A stretch of DNA of 64,000 nt from Neoechinorhynchus agilis. Its lineage: Eukaryota > Animalia > Acanthocephala. The translations under genes were made by a program, and so were the position numbers. Below, piece by piece: positions 1 through 11,108 of the stretch. Below the pieces are notes generated by a model. The model was not told the DNA's origin and did not search any database. It was given only the letters and a program-made list of their open reading frames with translations. Numbering within the stretch: the first letter of the stretch is position 1; every line of letters starts with the position of its first letter. The DNA lies in contig CM121343.1 in NCBI GenBank assembly GCA_051530055.1, forward strand, positions 4,062,389-4,126,388, in the 5' to 3' direction.

Positions 1-2
1 GT

Positions 3-1266
3 TGCATAGACGAATTCGACAAAATGGATCCAAAGGATCAAGTTGCGATTCACGAAGCAATGGAGCAACAAACAATTAGTCTTGCCAAAGCCGGAGTTAA
101 GGCTACTTTAAACGCTCGAACTTCGATTCTGGCTGCAGCAAATCCAATTAATGGACGTTACGACAGGCAGAAATCGTTAAGGCAGAACATAAACTTATCC
201 AGTCCAATAATGTCACGGTTCGATCTATTCTTCATACTAGTTGATCTCTCAAATGAAGTCATCGATTATGCTATAGCTCAACAAATTGTTCAATCTCACG
301 CTTCTGCTAAACTAATTGGTCTTCCTAATGAACCAAATCTAAAAGACCCAACGTACGGAGGCTTGCACGAGGACGCTGACAATATGGCTTACAGTTTTGA
401 TGATATTAGAAATTATATTAGCGTTGCTAGGATGTTCAATCCAAAAATGACTGAAGAAGCTCGCATCTCAATTATTAAGGAATACAAAAAATTAAGACAA
501 AGGGACGCAACATCCGGCGCAAACAGAGAGTATGGGTTTCGATCCCAAGCACCTTCTCGTGGAGGGAGTGGTCGCATAACAGTCAGACAGCTTGAAAGTT
601 TGATTAGACTATCAGAAGCGGTGGCTAAGCTGCACTGTGTGGATGAAGTAACCTCAGAGCACGTTATGTCAGCAATTGAATTATTAAGTAAATCACTATT
701 ACGTGTAGAGCATCCCGATGTAGTGCTTAAATATCGAACAGCCGATCGGGATGCTGGCGACCACGAAATGGATATGGATGCATTAACGGGTCGTTCGGAC
801 GAAGGTGGTGTGGTCGGTGAAGGCATTGATGTTCAAGTCACGTCGAGGGAGACTGCAGAAGATGATACATTTGAGTCATTGATTCATGTCACCTCTGAGC
901 GACATGAATCAATGTAATAGGCTTTCATATGATGAATATGCTCGGTTAGGTCATCTAATTCTGACCAAAGTGGCCTCCGTCGATACCATCACAAGATCCG
1001 ACCTGGTTGCTTGGTATTTGCGACTTATTGAACCAGATCTTCAATCGAGGGCCGAGTTGTGCCGCGCCCGGGATGTCGTTGCATGTCTAATCGATAGACT
1101 TATTAATGTAGATCACTTATTGATTGTCTTACGTACCATTGGTAGCAGTGGTGCCGATGGTCATCAAATATCGCAATTAACGACAGATCCTCCTCTACCA
1201 AGTACCCAGCTTCTAATGATTCATCCAAGCTATGTGCCTGATACGGAAACCTTAAGAGTTATCTGA
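3..1266 (+). CDS. MCM6: DNA replication licensing factor MCM6, 3' part (gene starts before the window). Intron 875-920; possible in-frame intron 530-568.
   Basis: Walker [16 protein letters not shown], arginine finger [20 protein letters not shown] and an MCM6-type C-terminal winged helix (LSYDEY...LIDRLINVD). A GT-AG intron at 875-920 joins the two ORFs in frame. Confidence 0.93.
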
Positions 1267-1317
1267 AACATTTATACTTGAGATGCCAATTAAAAATGCT
1301 CTTCAATGCATGATTTA

Positions 1318-3355
1318 TTAAACTTTTCTACCAGCTTTACTAAACGCCGATGTGTTCGAAAAATACTTGGGTGTAGCATTTCCACTCTGCTTCTGGGCCT
1401 CTGCAAATCTGCCGGGCAATGGATCGGTTCGCTTTGCTGAGCGAAGTGTCGTTTTTGACATTACGCTGCTAACTGACTTTCCGTCAATTTCGCCGTCGCA
1501 ACCGGTCACCTCTGACATTGCTCCTGCGCTTATTATCTCAAGCCCCTAAAAAAATGAAGTATTACGTTGAAAATTGTAATTTCCTTGGGAACAACCGCAA
1601 GAAACGATTCACAAAAATTTAGAATAATACGCTTTTTAAAGTATTCGTGCTTAGGACAAAGCATATCGATTCTTTGCGAAAAACGCTGATAAGTTGATGC
1701 TCAAGGATTGGACTGGTTACCTGAAAAGGCGTGAAGACAACACTGGATGCTGTTCCACATACAGATCGCTTAGAAATAGAACTTCGATTTCCTCCAATTG
1801 GAGTAAAGGAATTTTTGACTGCCCTTCGCTCTCTCTGAAGTGATCTATGGAGCTTTTGAGATATCCTGGTTTTGATTTTTGCGTCGATTGGTGCTGCTCT
1901 CACTCGTCCAGCTAAAACGACTTTACTCACACCACTACTGGAATTACCCGTAGCGCTATCAGTTAAGGCGACACCCAACTGCCCCATCGATAGTTCTAGG
2001 TCTTCCTGGTATGCATCTTGTTCAATTTGCCCGAAGTTCATCCTGTTAGCCTGCTTGCGAATTTCAGTAATACCGAGGCGTTCCTTCATTTTCCGAGCAC
2101 GTCTTCCTCCTCGTCGATTACCCGGTTGATCGATTGGAGGGGCAAGGGGTTTGACGGTTTTGGTTGGCGGCGGCTCCACGAGTTTTTCTATTTTCTTTAA
2201 GACCTCCGATCTGAAATTCTGCCCATTCTAAAGGAAATGTGAACTATGGGTATTTAAAGTTCGTTCGAAAACTACCTTTCCACTTGGACATCCTCGGAAA
2301 CTGTCAACACGAGCAGCGAGCGCACACTTGCAAGCAGTAAGTCTAGCAATTTTTACCCTAATTTCATGTGTAGGACACGTTTCTATAAGATCGCACTTAT
2401 TGAGATGTCCAATAGTTCCGGACGTTGACAAAGATGCTATGTTACTAATTACTTCCTGTTTGCTTAAAGCAAATCTATCAGTGTTGCAGGACGATATGAA
2501 CTTTCGATTTGTGCCCAGAAGCAGTATATTACAAGCAGGCATTCTGCTCAGGTTATGTAGTCCGCCCGCGCATCCAATGAGTTTCGATGCCACTGGAGCG
2601 CCAACGAGTGCTGACAGATTTGGAGCAATCCAAGACATCCTTGTCTCAACAAAGCGTCCGAATTCATCAACGTACTCGGCTAACTTCAGGGCCATACTAC
2701 AAGCTTCATTTATACTTTCCAATTGCGTTTCATTCAAAGCAACTCCTTGGGTAGTAGATGCTGTAATTGTCACAATCATTATAGTCGCCGGATTTAGGAA
2801 ATCACTCAATTCACGTATCTCTCCATTGGTCCTTTGAACAACAAGCTTGTGACTCGAACTGCTATCGGGTACTTTGAGTGAATTTCCCAATATGTTAACT
2901 TACACTATTGTTTTTACCTAATACCCATTCCGTGCTACACAAATGAAGCAAACAACAATGGTGTAAACTTTAACCGTCTTCACATAATCCATCGGGACTG
3001 GTATCAATGATTCCAGCTCCGGAAATCGAATACGATAAACGCTACGTATGTGCCTGTAGACCATCTCGATTTCCCTCTCAAGCTCAACTATCATTTCATT
3101 CGCATCCACAAACAATGAGTATTCAGAATCAGCTTCAACGCGATTCACTTCATGCCATTGCGGTAATGAATGCAATGCCCGTTCACGAATTCTATTGAAC
3201 AACTTGGCGAAGCGATCGCTCGATAGAAGAACACCAATCTCAGTCGGTGTGCATATGGAACCTTTCTTATCATTAACCTCATCGCCTACCGCCCGGTTCG
3301 GCGTAGCCTCCACAATATCGTCTAAATCACAAATCAATTCATCCACCAACGACAT
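1318..3355 (-). CDS. PRPF31: U4/U6 snRNP protein Prp31; 4 exons; first intron boundaries uncertain
   Basis: MSLVDEL N-terminus, RFPELESL, ATIMIVTITASTTQG, Nop domain (APNLSALVG...MPACNI, KCALAARVD), RRGGRRARKMKER, GTASSVVFTPFQ|GLEI, KYFSNTSAF. Confidence 0.95.
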
Positions 3356-3781
3356 ATTTGCTTCCTACTGATTATTGCGTCCATCACCATTCACTCCTAC
3401 GTTTATTATTTTAGTTTCTTCCGTGGTAAACTAAGTCAATTTATGAACGTTTTGAACCATCGTCCGATTTGACGTAGCCTCCACAATATCGTCCAAATCA
3501 CAAATCATTTTATCCAGCAACGACATATTTGCTTATTGCGTCCATCACCATTCACTCCTACGTTTATTATTTTAGTTTCTTCCGTGGTAAACTAAGTCAA
3601 TTTATGAACGTTTTGAACCATCGTCCGATTTGACGTAGCCTCCACAATATCGCCCAAATCACAAATCAATTTATCCAGCAACGACATATTTGCTTATTGC
3701 GTCCATCACCATTCACTCCTACGTTTATCATTTTTGTTTCTTCCGTGGAAAACTAAGTCAATTTATGAACGTTTTGAACCA
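3285..3781 (-). repeat. Tandem triplication (~160-172 bp units) of the PRPF31 start region plus upstream sequence
   Basis: gtagcctccacaatatc recurs at 3302, 3474 and 3635; each unit contains the PRPF31 ATG context. Confidence 0.9.
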
Positions 3782-4904
3782 CCAAAAAGAAATGCGATTA
3801 AATAGGCAAATACGACGCCAGAGCTCAGTTCCGTTGCAGTTTCCACCGTTGTGTGGGTTAGACAAAATCGAATCAGTAAACGCTGATTATTACCATCTTG
3901 AAATCACTGCCCGTTTTTCGTCGCTTGAAGTTTCTTTATTTTGTCACAAATGCTGCCGCGATTTTTCTCTAATCAAGTTTGATGAACACTTTCTTTTTGA
4001 CAAATCTTCGAAGTAGTCTTTTCTCATTTAATGACGTGACGTCTTGATTACTTTCAATTGAGGACAAGAATCGCCTGTTGTCATTTACCAGGGACCAACT
4101 TACCATTGCTAAAATTATTCTGCTGATTTTATCCGAGAAGAGGTTGAACTTTTTACGAACTGTTCTCAACATAGAAATTGACTTTTTCAACTGCAGGAGA
4201 GAGGATTAGGAAACAAAAAATTCAGTTTCTACAAACCAGCCAAGACTGAATTCGCGCGTTTTTTTGATTAGTTTGCAAAATATTTTTATGTGAAAACTTC
4301 ATTTAAAGCTTAAAGTGATCTAGTATTTTTGAACGAAACCGCAACAACAATAACAACAACAGCAACTTTATTCGATTCGTCTTTTTCGTCAAACATTGGC
4401 TAGTTGATACCACTTTTGCTTACATATAGACTGACAGTGTTATGTTTTTATCAAAGGAATATCTTCAGTGTACTTTTATCTCTTTATCATGAAACGTCCA
4501 AAAAATATCCCCTAAATGCGATAATATTTAAAGATATTCTATTCATGGACTAAAAGTTAACTATTGCAAATATAATATAGCGTCGATTATCCGCGAATTA
4601 ATTGGGACGGGACATTGTTCGGTTTCGAGATTTTCCGGATGTCCGAAACGTGCGGGAGAAATACGTTAAAAAAACAAAATTAGGAATAATCACTTATTTG
4701 ATCTCTGCAACATTGACCACCTTTTTTTCGCTGTAAGGTCTGATTCTCGTGTGCAAAAATAGTTGAGCAGAACAGCATTGTGATTGCTGTCCATACGATT
4801 CCATAGCTGTTTCTAATGCAGAGAACGCTTCAGAATTTTATGGACACTTTTCTATATTTGTTAACTTATCAAAATCTCAGAGGAAAACTTTATCCGGCAA
4901 AAAA

Positions 4905-4980
4905 ACGCCTAGCAATCCTCAATTGTCGCCCGAATGCTTGCAGTGTTGCCTCTTAACAGAGCGATGCTAATATTTTGAAC
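4905..4980 (-). mobile_element. 3' tip of a CRE-clade non-LTR retrotransposon
   Basis: Reverse strand reads VQNISIALLRGNTASIRATIED; near-identical to the 3' end of the CRE copy at 49255-49340. Confidence 0.7.
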
Positions 4981-5005
4981 TAGGTATTATTGACCTGACC
5001 TTGCT

Positions 5006-5118
5006 CCGTCTCGTCGGACTTCTTCAGGTCTAAAAGGTAGGTCAGGGTGGTTACCCCCAGCCTGATGGTTGCTCGATCCTGACCTATCTTTTAGACCTGA
5101 AGAAGTCCTTCAAGACGG
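5006..5118. repeat. Long inverted repeat (31-bp stem)
   Basis: 5016-5046 pairs with 5078-5108 with one G-U-type mismatch; outer ccgtct/agacgg pair. Confidence 0.85.
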
Positions 5119-5169
5119 ACTAGAGATTGTGAATGATCTCTATTTTAACAAAATATATCCATGAACAAC

Positions 5170-5900
5170 TTTTCAAGATTCTTGTTGTACAGGGATCACA
5201 ATTTCATCATCATTAAGCATTTCAAATCCACGCCCTTCTACATTTTCTTCATCACCCCCTTGAAATTCTGTGATCGATTGGACAAAGTCAGTAATATCCT
5301 CCATTAGTTAAGTCCCTTTTAGCATTCTGTACCATATCCGTATAATCGACGTTCCACTGTACCATTTTGCAATTTATAGGCAAACACCATCAGATATGTC
5401 GGGATTTCCGCACACAAAAAGGTCACCGGGCTATAAACACCGAATGTAAGCAAATAGATTGCAGCCATTTTGCCGATAAGGGATGAAATGTTTACCAGGA
5501 GAATTTCATTTCGCGCAAATTAGTGTCAATCACCCGTACTATTGAATGGACACAAATGTCGCTGCTCTACAAATCCCAAATGCTTTGGCGTGGATTTGAG
5601 TCAATTCTATTTTACCATAATATCGATAATTTTAACCACTTACTCCACAGAAAATTCTCTTTTTTTATTACTGACGCATTTGTTTAACAACCCAAATGCT
5701 GGTGTAAAGCGCAATATTCAACAATTTGCTCTTGAATGACCTCTAATAACAATATCCTCAAATCTGCATTTTTAAGCTTTATCGACTGTTTTCCGTCCCT
5801 CTATAAGCGTATTGTTTCGTTCATGCATCCTTCGGTTAAGCAAAGTGCGACCTCTCCTTGGAAAAGGTAGGCATCGTCGTCCAGGATTCCATTACACTTC
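5170..5900 (-). mobile_element. Decayed pogo/Tigger-like transposase remnant
   Basis: Reverse strand gives ITEFQGGDEENVEGRGFEMLNDDEIV, resembling the acidic C-terminus of Tigger/Jerky transposases; many stops upstream. Confidence 0.4.
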
Positions 5901-8859
5901 GTATCATATATTTTTTACCTCTCTTAGTAATCGGCAGGAGCACCTCCACAAAACTAAAGTATAAAATCTTTCAACTCCTTCGATATATTCAGTATTGCAA
6001 TCGTCACTATTTTGATGAAAAAAGGATTTAGTCCGCAAACCGTCTATGAAACATGTTCATAGCAAGGTGAAACGAATCTACATGGTAGCCGACCTTAAGA
6101 ATTTCTTCACATAATCTTCCTTGCTCAAATGAATCCTTTAAAAAGTCACCACGCCCATTCCGTAATGGGAGCTACCGAAGTAGGCATGACGTTTCGCTGT
6201 TGTAATGAGATGACAATCACATAAAAAGGTGAAATCATGACATAGTGATTCCCATTAAAGAATTTCAGTATATTTTCGATATCTATGGCGCGAATCGGCG
6301 CTTGATGACCGTTGCTTCAACATTCAAGAGCTCCAATGGAATAAACGAATTAGATGTAAGTCGCCGAACGTTCGTTTCTTACCCTGAAGTATTTACGCAG
6401 ATTTGAACATCTTTGGAACTTTTTACAGTGCCTACCGCCACCCACCGCAATTGTCCTCTAAACTTTTATTTAAATTTATTGATGGAACTTCTGCCTTTAA
6501 GAATATTTTTGAAGCTTACAATTTCATTATCATTTAACACATTGGACTTACGTCTAAGAATAGTGATAAGAGAAGCGATGTTGATTTAAGTTGTGCTACA
6601 ATTATCCGTCCTTGTAAATAACCCAAAAATCGATTATTTAATGGTGTTGCCATTTTCTTCAATATAAGCAATTATCTTGGGTTGCTTTTATCTGTGTGTT
6701 TTAATTTAACTTGTCAAAAAAATCTGCTATTCAGTGAACCCGTCGTAGTATTCACACTTGACTGTTGATTAGTCGTTCAATGTATACTTAAGCGTAGAAA
6801 TTGCACGAACTTTTTGAACTGTTGCGAACCCGATTTTCTTGTTAAATAAAACTGCGAAATCAGTTGACCTTATTGTCCAATGAATTACGTTCAATTGATT
6901 TCAATATTCTCTTTTCATTTTAGGTTATTGGAGTTTGGGTATCGATCATGAAATGATTTTATTCGCTTTGAACGATGTCATGCGTTTAAGCAACAGCCTG
7001 CCTATTCAGCTCTAAAAAAACTGCTTTTATTGAACAATGGTTTTGTGGCCAAATCGGTAAAGATGCATTTTATTCATCAACAATTTAAGCTACTTTTGAA
7101 TGAATAGTTTTGTGGCTTATTAGGTGGAATACTCATCTAAAAATATTTTGCCAGTGAAGCATTCCAACAAGGTATATCTGCCAATGCATACAATATTTAG
7201 TATTTTTATTATATAGATTAATCGGGTCATCATTTTTTATCCGGTTCACAATAATCGTTCACCATTGATTTAAATAAGTTAGAGTAAAAGATGATTTTAA
7301 TGGGTGCAAGAGTAAATATGTCGCATTATTGTTGGAAATGGCACTTTTCCCACTTTAATTCGGAAAATGGGAACGACAGTTAAAAGAAGTCTGTAGCTGA
7401 ATTTGAGATTTCAAGTACGCGAAATCCGACAAAGTATTGTCTCCAATATACATTTAGAGGACAATATACAACATTTTTCGACTATCACAAGTTCATTTTT
7501 AGCATTTCCTTACAATTCGGTGCATAATTCTGCTTTTAAGGTTTAACTTTTTGTTAAGATTCTGCATTCAAGTAAAACCTGTGACCGTAGAAAAGTGATT
7601 TAATTCCTCAAACTCCACCTATTTTTGAAACAAAATTTGCACAACCGAGTTGTTTTTATATGGTGGAAAAATTTCCGATATTTCGGCACAATCTTGTGCC
7701 TTTATCAAGATTGTTTGCTGAGGAAATTTCTTTAGCAAAAAATTGAATCGGTAATGACTGATTCAATCAGTCGAAATATATTCGATTTTAACCATCTCTT
7801 TCATGTGTCGATGAATGATCAAAATAATAACATGCAAAGCTCAACGAAATATTTTATGGAATTGAAGATATTTAGCGAGGAAGCCTCACTTCATCAGACA
7901 TCTAAAAAGGTTTGTACGAGTGGACACGCGGTCTTCAAACCTTGGGCATGGCGATCCTCTGCGAACCTGAACACAAACCTTTTAAGGTGACTGACGAGGC
8001 TTCCTCTTTCGAAATATCTCAATAAAATACTTCTTTTACCCGGGGATTTTGATCAAAGCATATCCATATAGAAAAGTGCTGTTTATTTCTCATTTGGTTT
8101 TTTGAAATGGTACTAACGTGTACGATTGCACCAGTGTATATTGGAGGATATATCTAAGGACCGTAAATAATAACGCCTGGTGTATCAAAAGAAATGGTTC
8201 GTAAAGTGTTATCGTAATGTAAAGTATTTGTTCTACGATGCTTCTTTCCATTGTGATAAGACATTTGCCATACTTTGGGTACTTATATAAATGTTTTTAT
8301 GAGGTTTTTGATATGCGAAATATTCGCAATTCCAGCAGAACACAAATACTTGTGTCAATTGAATAAATTGATATCCATAGTTCGATTTGTTTGATTTTAG
8401 ACCTATCAAAAGACGGCAGTATGCTCTCTAGTTATAAATACAGGTTGTCTCATATTTTTCTTTAGCTGTTAGTGCTGCTGACTACTATGATAGTAGCACA
8501 AATGACCAGTTAAGCTTCATTGAACTCATTGGAAAAATATTTTTGCTCGGCTTCACGATCTTCTATTTTCAGCAACATGGTGGTAACCATATTAATTATG
8601 TGTATTGAGGCATTCGTACTTTTTTTTAAAGAAAATATAACTTTAATATTAGATTGGTTGACTAAAAAGGGCCTATACTACTAGCACATGCAAATGATGA
8701 AATTCGAGCTTAGTGTTTGTTTCTTTTTAATAATGGTTCTCAGCTTTCGGCGGGTGTAGGTTATTCCTCACAATGTATAAAAGGCTAATTGACGAATTCT
8801 CCAAACCGGCTGTACCGGGTCATTAGCACTTCTCTTGTTTTAGTCCGGAGTACAATGGA

Positions 8860-9540
8860 GGACTGCGAATGCTAGTTCTTTGGTCATACAATGGCTATAA
8901 ATATGACCCGAATGGCTAAATTGCGTGAAGTTCTTGATTCAGATGTCATTGTTAACACACTGCCAACAGAACGTGTCTCTGTATTCGCGTTTACGCTTCT
9001 CGTGCAGCTCTCCGGCTCGTCCTTTGTGCATGGGTAACAACTCCTGGTTCTCCCCGAAGTCGTCTTCCAATGCCGGACGAAACCGTTAGTCGCTTCTTTG
9101 TACCATATCTGGGTCACAGAGATCATTGTTTGGACGCTCCCAGCTGCTAATCAGGCATTTGCATGTTCCGACGTGTCTCCTTACAGTCCTTCGAACTGGC
9201 GAAGTTCCGGTATCCCTTGCTCGATAGCATTAGCGTGTATATTAAAGGGAAGCTGAGACGTGCGTGTGTACAATTGTCAGATACAGCTGATGCGCAAGAC
9301 GCTTCGCATTCTAATCAGATTCTTGGCGACTATCTAAAGAAGAAACCCATTATAATCTTTCTGGTTGTACACGTACAGTCTTTTCTCATTCTGGCGTTTT
9401 TCATCATCTTCACTGGATTTGGCGACGGCGCTAACGATCGCAATCTCGCGTACACACAAAGCGACGACTCATTCCGGCGGGAACATTTCAGCGGCAGCAG
9501 CTGCTCCCTGTCAGTGGTTCCTTCGTACGCCTTAGCTTAT
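8860..9540 (-). mobile_element. Possible decayed LTR-retrotransposon gag remnant
   Basis: RRNESSLCVYARLRSLA resembles the gag ES..Y..RL..LA motif; broken zinc knuckle CWQC...GHIYSHC; stops and frameshifts. Confidence 0.3.
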
Positions 9541-11108
9541 CCTCTATAATTATAAAGACTCAGACATCCACTAGCTTTACACACTCGCTGAATTGTGCCT
9601 TTAGACGCTAACTATATTAACCCGATTCACATCGTAGTCTCAACGAATGGTTACTTCTAACTCGTGAGTATTCTATTGGCGTTGCATGCTATTCGCTGAT
9701 CAGTTTCAGGTAGATTGCAAACAAAACCTCTATAGCCTAAGAAGAACTACTTGGCGTAAATAGAAACGTGGACAACCTCCTCCTCAGGAACATCTTTCTG
9801 ATATTTATAACAGTACTCTTAGCGGCCATTGTCACTTGCGCGCAAATTCTTAAAGGCTGTAATAATAGTCAAAGCACCCTCAAGTGCATCGCCTGCTCTA
9901 ATTGCTATCGTGACAACTGTCTATAAGGTGAATTCGTGATGGCAACTGTCGGGCCGCTTTCCTTCGATAAAGTACCTCGTCCTGATCTATGTTAATTTTC
10001 TTTCCTGTTTTCAAAATGTGTCGCCGACGATATTCATGGATCCACATTCGATCCAACCTTTATTTTCGGTGATAATGAGCCTTTTCGCCGGGTGGATTTT
10101 GGTATACGCCTATGCGTTTTGAAGGCTTTTATGCATTCGACAACTGCTGCGTCGGCTGTGTGTGTGCTGGTACCGTCGAGAGTACGAGGAGGAGGAGGAG
10201 AAGGAGGGTACGCATACGCCTATTTCAGTGTTTCTATCGACTTCGCTGTGTCACTTTTACTCAAGTGTCGCAAGCACCAACGGGTTCTGAGAATGTGCAG
10301 TCTTTAAAGGCATTCCCGCAACCATATAAGCCATCTCTCTCATACCCGGAATGCTTCAACGTGTCCAAACACTATCACATCGGGTGAGTCTAATGGGTAC
10401 TTTTGCTGAACGACAATAATATGCCACTTCAATAGCCCCAGCAAGACTTAACTGATTGCTCATTTATGCGCAAAATCGAAAGGATATACTACTAGGCAAT
10501 GCGCATGGTGAAGCATCATGTTGTAGTATTCACTTACGCCAAATTAAGTTCCATGGCCTTATATGTTCCGTTGCACTGAAAACGGCGGCGGCGTCGAGAT
10601 ATTCCCTACCCACATCGGTAATACTGAATATCCTAATATTCACGCTTTCTAAAAATCCCTTTCGTCTACGTTAATAAAATTTCACTGGGGGTTCAATGAT
10701 GATAAACAATATTTTCCTCCATTTTTGATCCCCTCAGCTAATCGGTAACACATTAATCAAAAGAATGTGAAAATCGAGATTTTGTATTGTCCCTTTTTTG
10801 TTTTCACCAAAATGTTCGACACTTGCATTCTCTTATCTGGACTCGACTTTAACATGCAAAGGAAGTACGCTCGCCGAGATCTCACCACACCATCTTGTTT
10901 CACCGGCTCATTCTAGCCCGCATCACTCATGTGCCCAAGAAACGCTTATTTCGTCTTTTACTACGTCTCCGCCTTCTCATTCATGAAATGGAGGAAGAGC
11001 CATGTTTTGCTCGAAACGTTTTGAAGAGACAATGTTCATCTTGTTTTAGATAAAATCACATAGCGAAAAAACGACCGCACCTCAAAGGTGTGAGATTTGA
11101 AGAACAAT

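Noticed and set aside
3960-4016. DEHFLFDK in ORF 3690-4016, resembling the creatine kinase motif DDHFLFDKP
   Set aside because: No other kinase similarity nearby; the ORF comes partly from the PRPF31 upstream repeat; treated as chance
6450-8700. Possible further transposase remnants in AT-rich DNA
   Set aside because: Only scattered few-residue hints; too weak to call
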